A stretch of DNA of 64,000 nucleotides from Terriglobia bacterium (lineage in GTDB: Bacteria > Acidobacteriota > Terriglobia > JAIQFV01), in NCBI GenBank assembly GCA_020073085.1, contig JAIQFV010000009.1, positions 124,162 to 188,161 of the forward strand. The letters run 5' to 3'. The notes beneath the pieces were generated by a model. It saw only the letters and a list, made by a program, of their open reading frames with translations, ran no database searches and was not told the DNA's origin. This document shows positions 30,708-40,704 of this stretch, one piece after another (within the stretch, counting starts at the first letter, position 1; the number at the start of each line of letters is the position of its first letter). Both the position numbers and the translations under genes were made by a program.

Positions 30708-31192
30708 GGCGAGGTTGGCAGAAGAAAACATGATCAAAGAGGTGGGACTCAGACATTGGCAATTTCAAGAATTAAGCATGAAGAAAAACACCTTGGGTTA
30801 GACTCGTCGAGGGACCAACTCCGAGACAAAATTTCAAATGAGAAGGTCTGTCACCGCAAATTCTAGACCCCTAGCAATGGAGAAGATGACGAGCTGGATT
30901 AAATTCGTGCGGATGCACGGAGCCCGACTCCTGCTGCTTGGCGTTCTTCTCACCGCTTGCTGGTTTATCGCGATCAAAGCGTTTGAAGGGTTGTTTATTT
31001 ATCTGTTTGCGATTAGCGACTCGGTTAGTCGGACACGGATAATGGTTAATCGTCACCCGAACGTTTTCAGAATTATCCTACGTCCTGGCCTGATGCCGAT
31101 TGCGTTTGACCAGCGGTTCCAGAGCCTGAGGGCCTAGCAGGAAGTTGTTCAACCGCGTCGTTCCCGGTGTCTAATCCCAGATCAAGGACTGT

Positions 31193-31735
31193 ATGCGCCA
31201 AGAAATCCAGTTTCGTAAGGTATTACCCATCGCGCAGACGATTCTGGCCTTGCTCTTTGCCGGGTTGGGTCTTTGGCAGCGGAACCAGATCCTAAGTCAC
31301 TCATGGTTTGGATGGAACTCCACCGCACGGTTTCACGTTTGGCCATGGCCATTCAAATATGCGGTGGTGTCAAATACACCTGCATTTCTGGCGGGCATGC
31401 TCCTTTCCTGGCCCGTCGATTCTTTGTGGCCGAGACTCCCCGAACCGATTCAAATCTCGCTCGCACTCCCCTTCATCCCGATCCTCTGGTATTGGGTCGG
31501 TTCGCGACTGGATCGAAAGTGGGGCGCTGTGGAGGGCACGAGGATATCGCGACGCCGTAGCCGATGGGTATTCATTTTGATCTTCACATTAGTCTGCATG
31601 ATGGGGGCCTATCTCCCATCTCGGTACTTGGGCTACGTGGGGTACCTGTATTACGGCATAGTTGTCTGGGTAGCTACGCCTCTCATCCTGCACCGTTTCT
31701 CAACAATTCGCCCGGACGGTTCATTAATAAACTGA
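31193..31735 (+). CDS. Hypothetical membrane protein
   Basis: 180 aa, several Trp-rich TM segments. Confidence 0.65.
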   Translation: MRQEIQFRKVLPIAQTILALLFAGLGLWQRNQILSHSWFGWNSTARFHVWPWPFKYAVVSNTPAFLAGMLLSWPVDSLWPRLPEPIQISLALPFIPILWYWVGSRLDRKWGAVEGTRISRRRSRWVFILIFTLVCMMGAYLPSRYLGYVGYLYYGIVVWVATPLILHRFSTIRPDGSLIN

Positions 31736-31848
31736 AGCTCGCCTGCGTCCTTATGGATGATTGATGTGAAAATAAAAGGGGCCACACCTGGACATAGGAC
31801 AGAAACGCAGAGAGCGAAGGGCGATTCCCTAAGCCGATTGACAAGAAT

Positions 31849-32298
31849 GTGGAAGGCAACGCTGAAATACAAAATGCAAAGACACGACCCCAAAAAATTA
31901 TGGATCCCATAAAACAAGCTGATGGAATCATTCAATTCATGAATCAAAACGATTTCCTGATGAGGAATTATGTGGGATTTGTCACTTTAGGAGAAGCCGC
32001 GAGCGTTAATCGCTATTTTGATACAGGAAACCAAGTATCTTTCAAGCTTCTGCGCGATGCACACGACAAAGTAGTTGAACGACTCAATACAGTGAGGGCG
32101 TACTATATCAATGCCACTGTGAAGGGTAGTGCTGTTGTAGAAGAGGATTCAGAATTGCTTTTGGGTATTCAGGCTGCAGACATTTCGGTAGGAATTGCAT
32201 CGCGAATTTATGAGAGGCATCCTAAAAGCAGAATCGACGGAGCAAAAGCCGTTAAGGATGTATTCACAAGGGTGTTACTTAATGATCATTGGCTTTAA
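31849..32298 (+). pseudogene. Probable 5'-truncated DUF3800-like protein
   Basis: C-terminal DS....GIQAAD motif, but no N-terminal acidic DES motif and no clear RBS; AT-rich. Confidence 0.45.
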
Positions 32299-32390
32299 CA
32301 TGATATTCGCTCGACTTCCCGCAATGCGAAGCATAGCCTTTTTTCTGGTTGCGTTGGCTTTAGATCCTGATCCCCCATCCCTATAGTGAG

Positions 32391-32801
32391 ATGCGCGTAA
32401 CAGTTCACTGGAAATCTCTTAAGGAAGGCGATGACGGCTGGGGACAGATCCGCTGCCTGTATGCGGTCCTCGGGCGCGGAAAAGAGATCCTCTACATAGG
32501 GAAGTGCTGGGGCAAGACTGTCCGCGAGCGGTGGACCCGGTCCGGAAAGCCAGACTTCTGGGATGAGATTGAGCAGGAACGGGGCATAAAAAAGCACGCT
32601 CTTCTGGTGGGCACCGTTGAGATGGATCGTTCGAGGAGGCTTACACACTGGCTCTTGATGGACATTGAAAGCCTGCTTATCATCTGCGAGCAGCCGTGGG
32701 GAAACAGGCAGAGCAAGAAATCAAGGATTCCAAGGCCGGGGCTAATTGTTAAGTGCGTCGGAACCTGGCCAAGCAAAACAAAGACATATCGGGACATCTG
32801 A
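32391..32801 (+). CDS. GIY-YIG-like nuclease
   Basis: CLYAVLGRGKEILYIGK...R...IESLLI...P..N. Confidence 0.7.
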   Translation: MRVTVHWKSLKEGDDGWGQIRCLYAVLGRGKEILYIGKCWGKTVRERWTRSGKPDFWDEIEQERGIKKHALLVGTVEMDRSRRLTHWLLMDIESLLIICEQPWGNRQSKKSRIPRPGLIVKCVGTWPSKTKTYRDI

Positions 32802-33083
32802 AAATTTCATCAGGAAGATAAAAGGCGTTACACCTGGGCATAGGACAGAGACGTGGCGAGCGGAGCGGCGATTTCCAAAGCGGATTGATGGCGAGCGCCT
32901 TGGCCAAGAAAATCACCGCGGAGAGAGATAGTCCCGTGGGCAAGGGAATCCCTGGTTTTCAGGAACGGACAGACTCAGACCCTGCCCTGCGTGCGCTCTT
33001 GCAAAGGGCCAGCTCCACTTTGCCCTATGTCCAGGTGCGAGCCCATGTTCACCATGTTCAAGAACCGTATAAAGGAGAAAGAC

Positions 33084-33647
33084 ATGAAATACACGAAGGC
33101 ATTTATCGCGGCAATTTGGTGCTGCAGTTTTCTCTCTTCCGTTGCTGGGATCATGGCTCAAGACAAACAGCTAGCTACGATTAAGAAGAAAGACGGACAA
33201 CAAATCGAAGGAGAGATAAAAGGTGTTATCGTCCAAAAGGAGACTATCAAAGAATGGACGGAGGGCTCCAAAAAGCACTACAACGTGCTCTACTACCTTA
33301 CCAACGGCAGTGACATCCGTGCCATCGATGAGAAGGGTGTCCACGTTCCCGAGGGGACTCAGATCCCAACACGCTTTGTCACGCAGAAAGGCAAGCCTCC
33401 AGATGATCTTGAGGTCTTGCAGGTTGCAGAAGACAAGAAGTCTTTAATACCAACAACAAAGGCGGGAGGCCAAGTACTAAGGGCTGGCATGGCAGCGACT
33501 GGTGTAAGCGCCGCAATGCTCCTCGGCGAACTGAGGACAAAAGATGGCAAAACAGGTCTAATTGGCGCCTTGGAGATCCAGACTACAAGCGGTCTGATTT
33601 CCATTCCGGTTGGCGAAATTATCGACTTCACACAAAAGGAAAAGTGA
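33084..33647 (+). CDS. Hypothetical secreted protein
   Basis: AAGGAG RBS, signal peptide MKYTKAFIAAIW. Confidence 0.7.
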   Translation: MKYTKAFIAAIWCCSFLSSVAGIMAQDKQLATIKKKDGQQIEGEIKGVIVQKETIKEWTEGSKKHYNVLYYLTNGSDIRAIDEKGVHVPEGTQIPTRFVTQKGKPPDDLEVLQVAEDKKSLIPTTKAGGQVLRAGMAATGVSAAMLLGELRTKDGKTGLIGALEIQTTSGLISIPVGEIIDFTQKEK

Positions 33648-33736
33648 AGTATGAAAGGGGATAAGCAAGTAGGGTGAGACAATGTCGGTGCCCGACCCAA
33701 TCAATTGAAATAAAGCCGGACACAAGGAGGCAGACC

Positions 33737-34456
33737 ATGTCACTCAAAAAACTCGCTTTCATCATTCTCATGATTCTCCTGATGACGACAGTTTCCGCGG
33801 GCCAGACCGACATTCTTCAGCAACTCGGCCTCGGGAAAAAGCAGTCATTAAGCGATGCCAAGATTGGAGCGGGACTCAAGGAGGCACTTCAGGTCGGCAC
33901 AGGGAATGCCGTCAAGACCACCGGCCGCCTGGATGGTTACTTCAAGAACGAAGCCATCAAGATTCTGATGCCCAAGCAGCTTCAGACGATGGAAAAAGGA
34001 TTGCGCATGGTCGGCTACGGGCCGCAGCTGGATGAATTTGTTCTCAGCATGAATCGCGCCGCTGAGGCTGCTGCGCCTCAGGCGAAGGCCATTTTTCTCA
34101 ATGCCATCCGTAACATGACGCTTACTGATGTCCGGAAAATCTTCACCGGCGGTGACACCGCGGCCACGGAATATTTCAAAGAACAAACCACGGATCAACT
34201 GACTACCGCGTTTTCTCCGATCGTCCAAAAGTCCATGAACGAGGTGGGCGTCACCCGGCAGTACAAGGAGTTGATGGGACGATTTCAATCGATCCCCTTC
34301 GCCAGGACCCAGGCCTTTGACATTGACAAGTATGTTGTCGGAAAAGCCCTGGACGGACTGTTCTTCGTGGTCGGAGAAGAAGAGCGCAAAATTCGAAAAA
34401 ATCCCGCTGCCCAGGTGACGAGCCTGTTGCGAGAGGTATTCGGCAGGAAACAGTGA
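33737..34456 (+). CDS. DUF4197 family secreted protein
   Basis: [24 protein letters not shown]...[10 protein letters not shown]...LLREVFG. Confidence 0.92.
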   Translation: MSLKKLAFIILMILLMTTVSAGQTDILQQLGLGKKQSLSDAKIGAGLKEALQVGTGNAVKTTGRLDGYFKNEAIKILMPKQLQTMEKGLRMVGYGPQLDEFVLSMNRAAEAAAPQAKAIFLNAIRNMTLTDVRKIFTGGDTAATEYFKEQTTDQLTTAFSPIVQKSMNEVGVTRQYKELMGRFQSIPFARTQAFDIDKYVVGKALDGLFFVVGEEERKIRKNPAAQVTSLLREVFGRKQ

Positions 34457-34669
34457 TTGATTTGCAGCAAGTGGGTTCAGACCGGGACAGTGGACAAATC
34501 CTCGCTTCTTCTGCGAAAAGGAGGATTCGGGTAAAGGTTTCTCACCAACCGTTTAGTTCCGGCGAGGACGAGTGGGGCGGTGACCCACGGACCATGGGTG
34601 TCCGTAGCCCGAGCGTGTGAGAATCGTTCAACGTCCCCCACCCTGAGCGGCTTAACCACCTGAAGCCCG

Positions 34670-34954
34670 TCATTTAATTGTTCGAAGCAAGTTCTCAAAT
34701 CCGACCCCGGCGCCGGCATAGAGCAGAGAAACGGGTTTTTCGTTTCTGAGAAGATCAATGACATTATGGAAGTCATCGAGATGGTAATACAGCGTGGGCT
34801 GGCCGCCCACCAGACCATCCTGAGGGAGCGCTGATCCATTGGGCATGAAGATGGCTTGGCCGATATATTTGCCTGCGGCCTTGAGCGCGATTTTCGGGTG
34901 ATAGGTGTTCGACGAATAGAATACTTCGTACGCGTCGATCTTCGTCAGTGGCAT
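34670..34954 (-). CDS. Hypothetical protein
   Basis: AAGGAG RBS; 94 aa with IDLLRNEKPV. Confidence 0.7.
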   Translation of the reverse strand: MPLTKIDAYEVFYSSNTYHPKIALKAAGKYIGQAIFMPNGSALPQDGLVGGQPTLYYHLDDFHNVIDLLRNEKPVSLLYAGAGVGFENLLRTIK

Positions 34955-35117
34955 AAGTTATCTCCTTGGTCTTTGATGAACGAACAGAAGAAACACGGCC
35001 AGCCGCGGGGGATCTCAACGACATGGAGAAGGTCCGCGAGCTGTTGACCAAATCAATATGCCAGAAAACGGAATGAAACAGCTACCCAAACCTTCTTCGA
35101 GGGGGACGCGGGGTGGA

Positions 35118-35517
35118 AATGCCCCCGCCATAAAAACGTGCCGGGGCCACCCAAACCTTTCCGAAAAGCAATGTTTTGGTAGCCTCGCCGGCGCTTTCTG
35201 CCGGCGGGGGCTCTTCAGGATTGCGGCACCTTTGCTGATTCCTTCCCGACTGCGACCAACTGCCCCCGCCACAAAAACGTGGCGGGGCTACCAAACCTTT
35301 TCCGAAGGGCAATGTTTTGGTAGCCTCGCCGGCGCGTTTTGCCGGCGGGGGCTCTTCGGGTTTGCGTGAACCTAATCTGATCTTTGCCTGGTTGCTACGA
35401 ATTGCCCCCGCCACAAGAACGTGGCGGGGCTACCAAACCTTTTCCGAAGGGCAATGTTTTGGTAGCCTCGCCGGCGCGTTTTGCCGGCGGGGGCTTTTCG
35501 GGTTGGCGGGGCTACCA
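35118..35517. repeat. BIME-like array of three REP doublets, period about 141-142 bp
   Basis: gcccccgcca..cgtggcggggctacc-aaaccttt..-ggtagcctcgccggcgcgttttgccggcggggg starting at 35121, 35262 and 35404. Confidence 0.92.
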
Positions 35518-35531
35518 GAGCTTCATCGAGA

Positions 35532-36059
35532 ATGGCCGTGGATAAAAAGAAGAAACATCTCCTTTGGGTGATTGCCTTTGTCGGGGGATTCATCATCCTG
35601 ACGGGAATTCTGAGTGTCGGCTACATCAAAACAGAAGCCGTCATGAAGCCCCACATGGATGAACTTCTCACCGTTCCTTCGATGAAGGCCAAGCCGGATG
35701 AGGAGCCATACATTAAAGGCAAACTTCTCCCCATCGACCGAAGGAAAAAGAAAATCGACAGTTATATTTGGAGCGCGCTCCCCTCAATGCAGCTCGCTCA
35801 CCGGTATGAAGAGGTCCAGACGGTCATCCTCCTGGAGTACGGAGAATCGCAGGTCGGAACCTACACGAACGGAACCGGCGCCTACGTAAGGACCTGTGCG
35901 GTCACGATTATCGACTACTCGCGCGGTGTTGTTCTGGCCGCGAGGATTTTTTCGGGCTCGGCTCCCCCGGCGACAACGTCGAGCCATACCGGGGCGTACG
36001 GATCCAATCCCCGCACCGAAGTGGTGCAGTATCTAAAGAAACTGCCCAGGGCGGGATAA
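35532..36059 (+). CDS. Hypothetical membrane-anchored protein
   Basis: KKKK followed by a TM and a soluble domain. Confidence 0.7.
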   Translation: MAVDKKKKHLLWVIAFVGGFIILTGILSVGYIKTEAVMKPHMDELLTVPSMKAKPDEEPYIKGKLLPIDRRKKKIDSYIWSALPSMQLAHRYEEVQTVILLEYGESQVGTYTNGTGAYVRTCAVTIIDYSRGVVLAARIFSGSAPPATTSSHTGAYGSNPRTEVVQYLKKLPRAG

Positions 36060-36450
36060 GCCATTTTGAAACAACTTTGGGTGGTGTGCCCAGCGGACTT
36101 CTGCCGGCCGCGACGGAATGCCCCCGCATTCAGAATGCGGAGAGGCGACCCTCACATCAGGTTCTTGATCGGAGTATTATCGGGAAGGAAAACCGGATGA
36201 GGGGTTTGTCTGGGAACCATTTCTTTGGAAGTCAGACCCATGAAAATTGACTATAAGAAAGTGATCCCCTTCACCGGATGGGTAAGCGTTCTGCTTATCT
36301 TGTGTATCTCCAAGTTTACGTCTGTTACACGGGATGGTTTTGTCCAAAGCACTCTCCTTGCCTGTCCGAGCATTACTTAGCCCATCGGTCGCAAGTAAGC
36401 GAGGGATTTTCCACGATTTCGCCCACAATCGCTGATTCCTTCCCAACCTC

Positions 36451-36747
36451 AACGAAGTGCCCCCGCCACAAAAACGTGGGGGGGCTACCAAACCTTTCCA
36501 GAAGGCAAAACTCGGGTGGCCTGCAATGAAATGCCCCCGCCACTAAAACGTGGCGGGGCTACCAAACCTTTCCAGAAGGCAAAACTCGGGTGGCCCGCAA
36601 CGAAATGCCCCCGCCACTAAACCGTGGCGGGGCTACCAAACCTTTCCAGAAGGCAAAACTCGGGTGGCCTGCAACGAAATGCCCCCGCCACTAAACCGTG
36701 GCGGGGCTACCAGACCTTTCCAGAGGGCAAAACTCGGGTGGCCTGCA
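36451..36747. repeat. Tandem array of 4 x 74-bp REP-containing units
   Basis: gcccccgcc starts at 36459, 36533, 36607 and 36681; units near-identical. Confidence 0.95.
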
Positions 36748-36833
36748 AAATTCACGGGGCCAAATTTTTTCAATTTTCATTGTGAGGATTCCCACCCCTC
36801 GCCAGAACCGGCCGAAAGGATGGGGCACTCGCT

Positions 36834-37598
36834 CTAGTGGAATGTCACAGTGGTGCGCTGTTCGGCGCTCTTGTAGCCTGGGCCGTTGGCCACGGAGAGG
36901 GTGAACTCGCAGGTCCCCGAGGCATGCGACCCTACCTGCGAAACGGTGGTGCGGATAATCGCGGTCTGGGGGTCCATCTGCTTGCTGACCCGCGTAAACT
37001 GTGCCCCGCGGACGCCGCCTCCGCCACAATCCAGCCCGTAGTTCACGCTCACCGGATCCCCGGGACCCAGCTTGCCGCCCTCATCCAGAACGACCAATTC
37101 GAGTTCCACCGCCGCGCCCGAGCTTGTCGCCGAGAGGATCTTGAAACTCTTGATCACAGGCACATAGGGAACCAGGACAATGGTCTCCGTCTTGGAATCG
37201 CCACCAGGCGTTTTCAGCAAGACGGAGCGCTCGCCGGCCGGGGTCCCTGGAGCCACCGTGAGCTGGAACTCCCACAGTTTGGCCCCTTTTCGGATCCGGC
37301 GGCCGGGTTCGAGAGCCTTCTCTCGAATGCCTTCGACCGTGAGGCCATCGGCAGGAGTAATGACAACACTCTGAAGAGGGCCGTGCGCGCCGAGCACTTC
37401 CAGGGGCGTCGTCTTGCCAATCACGGCCTGGGGCTTGTACCCGAAGAACGAAAGATCGTTGGAAGCAGCGGCGGCGCTTGCCGCCAGCAACCCCATCGCG
37501 ATCCATATCGAGGTAAACCAGAGGCCGAGCCGGGAGGGTCCTTGTTTCACGGCTTCATGACCCATTTGGGGGTGATGGGAAAGCGCAAGAATCTTCAT
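36834..37598 (-). CDS. Secreted Ig/IPT-like protein (paralog A)
   Basis: AAGGAG RBS, hydrophobic signal, ...TPAGERSVLLKTPGGDS..., two C-terminal Cys. Confidence 0.75.
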   Translation of the reverse strand: MKILALSHHPQMGHEAVKQGPSRLGLWFTSIWIAMGLLAASAAAASNDLSFFGYKPQAVIGKTTPLEVLGAHGPLQSVVITPADGLTVEGIREKALEPGRRIRKGAKLWEFQLTVAPGTPAGERSVLLKTPGGDSKTETIVLVPYVPVIKSFKILSATSSGAAVELELVVLDEGGKLGPGDPVSVNYGLDCGGGGVRGAQFTRVSKQMDPQTAIIRTTVSQVGSHASGTCEFTLSVANGPGYKSAEQRTTVTFH

Positions 37599-37742
37599 TG
37601 GAATCTCCTTCTTGAGATTTGCTTCGTTCGTATCGCCCGTGACCAATTTCCACGCGCCAAAACTCCACTCCGAACAAACGAATGAGTAATGCCGTGCCAT
37701 CTTGGCAATTGCCGCCTTTCGAGATGAACTACCTTCCCAAGC

Positions 37743-37942
37743 GCAACGAAGTGCCCCCGCCACTAAAACGTGGCGGGGCTACCAAACCTTTCTAGAAGGC
37801 CAAACTCCGGTGGCCTGCAACGAAGTGCCCCCGCCACTAAAACGTGGCGGGGCTACCAAACCTTTCTAGAAGGCCAAACTCCGGCGGCCTGCAACGAAGT
37901 GCCCCCGCCACTAAAACGTGGCGGGGCTACCAAACCTTTCCG
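37743..37942. repeat. Tandem array of about 2.7 x 74-bp REP-containing units
   Basis: gcccccgcc starts at 37753, 37827 and 37901. Confidence 0.95.
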
Positions 37943-37952
37943 AAAGGTAATG

Positions 37953-38693
37953 CTAGGGTAACTTCTCCGGCGCGAACTCAACGGGCACGGTGAGTTTGTT
38001 GCTTTCCGAAGTACTTCCCCCCTGATCATCATGGATCAGAAAAACCTCCAGGATGCATGTCCCGCTTGCGGAGACTTTCTGCAATTGACTTGAAAAGCTC
38101 TGCGTTGCATAGAAGACACTATTCTTGGGATCCTTCATGACAACCTTGTCCGGCTCGTGAAAACCGACTCCGTGACCGTCCCCGCATTGCAAGTGGTAAT
38201 TACACAGGGCAGCTTTTGGAGAGGTGATGTCACCCGCCGGGTCAAAGACTGAGAAACGAATCTTCAATCGCGCATCGACTGGTTCGGCTGAAAGAACAGT
38301 GAGGTTGCTGATGCGGGGAACATGGTCGGGAATATAGAGGGCCTTCGGATTCGAGCTTCCATCCGGGGTGATCACGGCAATTGACCGTTTCCCGGTATGA
38401 GCCCTCGGTTCGGCAAAGACCCGTACGGACCAGACCTTGATTCCCTCGCCCTGCTGTCTGCGATCATCGGGATCCGGTGTGCTCTCCTTGACATCACGAA
38501 CGGAAACACCTTCGGCAGGAGAGACTTCAACGGATGTCACTTGAAGATTTTTCCCAAAGCACTTGAACTCAGTCGTTTGTCCCCGTATCACCTGCAGATC
38601 GGAGTAGCCCGAGAATTGGACGTCAATTTTCTCGGCCTTCTGAACTCCTGTGATGAAAATCAATACGGCGATGGCCCACCCTACCCTTCTCAT
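37953..38693 (-). CDS. Secreted Ig/IPT-like protein (paralog B)
   Basis: GGAGG RBS, signal peptide, ...AHTGKRSIAVITPDGSS..., colinear with paralog A. Confidence 0.75.
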   Translation of the reverse strand: MRRVGWAIAVLIFITGVQKAEKIDVQFSGYSDLQVIRGQTTEFKCFGKNLQVTSVEVSPAEGVSVRDVKESTPDPDDRRQQGEGIKVWSVRVFAEPRAHTGKRSIAVITPDGSSNPKALYIPDHVPRISNLTVLSAEPVDARLKIRFSVFDPAGDITSPKAALCNYHLQCGDGHGVGFHEPDKVVMKDPKNSVFYATQSFSSQLQKVSASGTCILEVFLIHDDQGGSTSESNKLTVPVEFAPEKLP

Positions 38694-38809
38694 GGTGACA
38701 CCTCCTTGACCGTCGGTTCCGAAGAAAAGGAACCGGATCGGGACTGCAGACAATTTCTAGGGTGCCCGTGCAAGGAACAAGGCCAGGGGGTGACCTTCTT
38801 TGAATTCTC

Positions 38810-39475
38810 CTATCTCGGCAGTCGAATCACTCGTCCATCCGGCGTCGTGACCGTGCCTTTTCCCCGGAGGTAAATATACCCCTTGTCTTTGTCGACCCTG
38901 AAGACCAGCGGCCAGCCGGGATCGCCCTCGAAGATGTGATCCTGGACCGTATGCCTTCCAATCCAGGTATGCTTCACGCCGTGAGCCCAAAGCACCGGAC
39001 GCAGTTGTCCATCGGGCCCCATACGAAAGGTGACGTTTCCTTCCAGGCGCGATCCGCCCCCAGGAATCGAACTGATCTGAATCTCTCCACGGTCAGGCTC
39101 AAGGTAACGGTCGATCAGCCGTTCATCCTGTAGCGCAAAACTCGGCTTCATTAAGACCGGAAGAAGCGCCGCCAACTGATGGGCGGTCTTTTGAGCGATT
39201 GTGCTCTGTGAGAGATTCACAAACATGAATAGAGCAAGCCACACCCCCAACACGGAGAAAAGCCCCCATTTCAGGGAGCGTATCACATTCGAATGCTGCG
39301 GTCGTGACTTCTCCGCCTTCCCTTCAGCCAGTTGCTGTGCTTGTCGCTGGAGCGCCAGTTTCTCTTCGTTCGGCAGCGCATCGAAACAGATCGTGCAGAT
39401 TAACGGACTCAGGTATCCATCTTCCTGAAAGTAGTAAATCGAAGGATAAACAGTGCCGCATCGCTCGCATTTCAT
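38810..39475 (-). CDS. Zn-ribbon, single-TM hypothetical protein
   Basis: CERC...CTIC, central TM, strong GGAGGAGG RBS. Confidence 0.75.
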   Translation of the reverse strand: MKCERCGTVYPSIYYFQEDGYLSPLICTICFDALPNEEKLALQRQAQQLAEGKAEKSRPQHSNVIRSLKWGLFSVLGVWLALFMFVNLSQSTIAQKTAHQLAALLPVLMKPSFALQDERLIDRYLEPDRGEIQISSIPGGGSRLEGNVTFRMGPDGQLRPVLWAHGVKHTWIGRHTVQDHIFEGDPGWPLVFRVDKDKGYIYLRGKGTVTTPDGRVIRLPR

Positions 39476-39664
39476 ACTTCGCCTCCTCCAGGGAAACGAG
39501 CACTACGGGTCTTCACATTTCAGTCCTACCCCAATCTTCACCAGGCAACACGGCCGTTTCAATCCGAGACCACCGGTGGATTCGAACCGCTCCGAACCGC
39601 AAGGCTCCCCTCTTGCATTCCGGGTGACGCCCTGGGCGGTTGCCGCAGTGAGGATTCAAATCTT

Positions 39665-40105
39665 CTACTCTTCCTGTTTTTCTTGACCCTCTCGAGCCGC
39701 AGGTGGCGGGCCGGTGTAACGGAACGCCTCCGACTTAACATAGAGCAGCTTGAACTCACCGCTGTGGGAGACGGTTTGACGGATCACCATCGCTCCATCT
39801 GCTCCCACGCGGCAGGCCTGCTTCTTCAATTCAGGCAAGGCCTCCTCAAAAACACCTTGTCGCCCGCGGGTTACCTTGTTCCGCCGCACGTAAACATCAA
39901 TTTGTGCCACAATCTCAAAAGGGCGTTCGGGCTTGACTTCCTGCAAGACTTCGATCTGGCAATCAGGAGGTTTGGCGGGCAGCGCGGGTCCGACCACCTT
40001 CACTTCACTTCGAACACCCGAAAAAAGTCCTCCCATCAGGAAGGCGAGATTGAGGAAGCCCGCGGCGAAGAAGAGCGTTGGGTTCCGATTAATAGAGGGG
40101 ATCAT
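39665..40105 (-). CDS. Hypothetical secreted protein (YbjQ-like fold possible)
   Basis: Signal/TM; LKKQACRVGADGAMV; ATGA overlap with the upstream gene. Confidence 0.7.
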   Translation of the reverse strand: MIPSINRNPTLFFAAGFLNLAFLMGGLFSGVRSEVKVVGPALPAKPPDCQIEVLQEVKPERPFEIVAQIDVYVRRNKVTRGRQGVFEEALPELKKQACRVGADGAMVIRQTVSHSGEFKLLYVKSEAFRYTGPPPAAREGQEKQEE

Positions 40106-40602
40106 TTTCCACCCTTTAAAATGCATTCTGCCTGGTCCAGGACGGCATTGCTCCAGCTCTTCTGCCCGGCCCGCCCTACAAACCCCTTCTTGGTCTCTGC
40201 CGTGACCTTGGTGCCAGCCACATCACCATTCTTGGCCTCTTCCAGTTGAGCCACGACCGTCTCTCCGCCGGAACCCACGAACATCCCCATGTGATGCTTG
40301 CGGCTGGCTTCGATCGTTTTCCCGTCGTCTTTTTTGACCTCAAACTCAATGCCCTTCATGCCGTCGATCAGGGCTGCCTTGACCTTATCGATGGGATAAG
40401 GAAAAAAGCGCTCCTGTTTTCCTTTCTCCTTGCCTGCCTTGACTTCCAGGTTCTTACAGTCCAGCGGTCCGGCCGGCTGAGTCTTTTCGACCTTGCTTTT
40501 GTCCTTGTCCTTTCCAGCGCTGAAACTCCGGGTATTGCTGATCCCGGCGAGTCCGGCCATCAAAACAAACGTAAGAGCGAGAAATGATAAACGACGTCCC
40601 AT
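40102..40602 (-). CDS. Hypothetical secreted protein
   Basis: AAGGAG RBS and signal peptide MGRRLSFLALTF. Confidence 0.75.
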   Translation of the reverse strand: MGRRLSFLALTFVLMAGLAGISNTRSFSAGKDKDKSKVEKTQPAGPLDCKNLEVKAGKEKGKQERFFPYPIDKVKAALIDGMKGIEFEVKKDDGKTIEASRKHHMGMFVGSGGETVVAQLEEAKNGDVAGTKVTAETKKGFVGRAGQKSWSNAVLDQAECILKGGK

Positions 40603-40704
40603 AGCGTTTCTCCTTTTATGAGGTTGGTTGTGTTGACGCGCAGTTGTCCCGCTCTCGGGCACCACGCGAGCAAGATCTTCACTATCCCGGGATCGAACCC
40701 TCTC

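Noticed and set aside
30838-31137. 99-aa plus-strand ORF
   Set aside because: One hydrophobic stretch but no family signal; possibly a gene fragment, not supportable as a CDS.
35015-35596. Short ORFs with internal peptide repeats
   Set aside because: They are artefacts of the REP doublet array.
36451-37942. 74-bp periodic arrays as a CRISPR array
   Set aside because: The would-be spacers are near-identical to each other, the repeat is a REP found elsewhere in other contexts, and no cas genes are present.
37685-38790. Additional sigma-54 promoters (TGGCACGGCATTACT near 37700; TGGC-N8-TTGC near 38780)
   Set aside because: The first lacks the -12 GC and the second is one base too long for GG-N10-GC.
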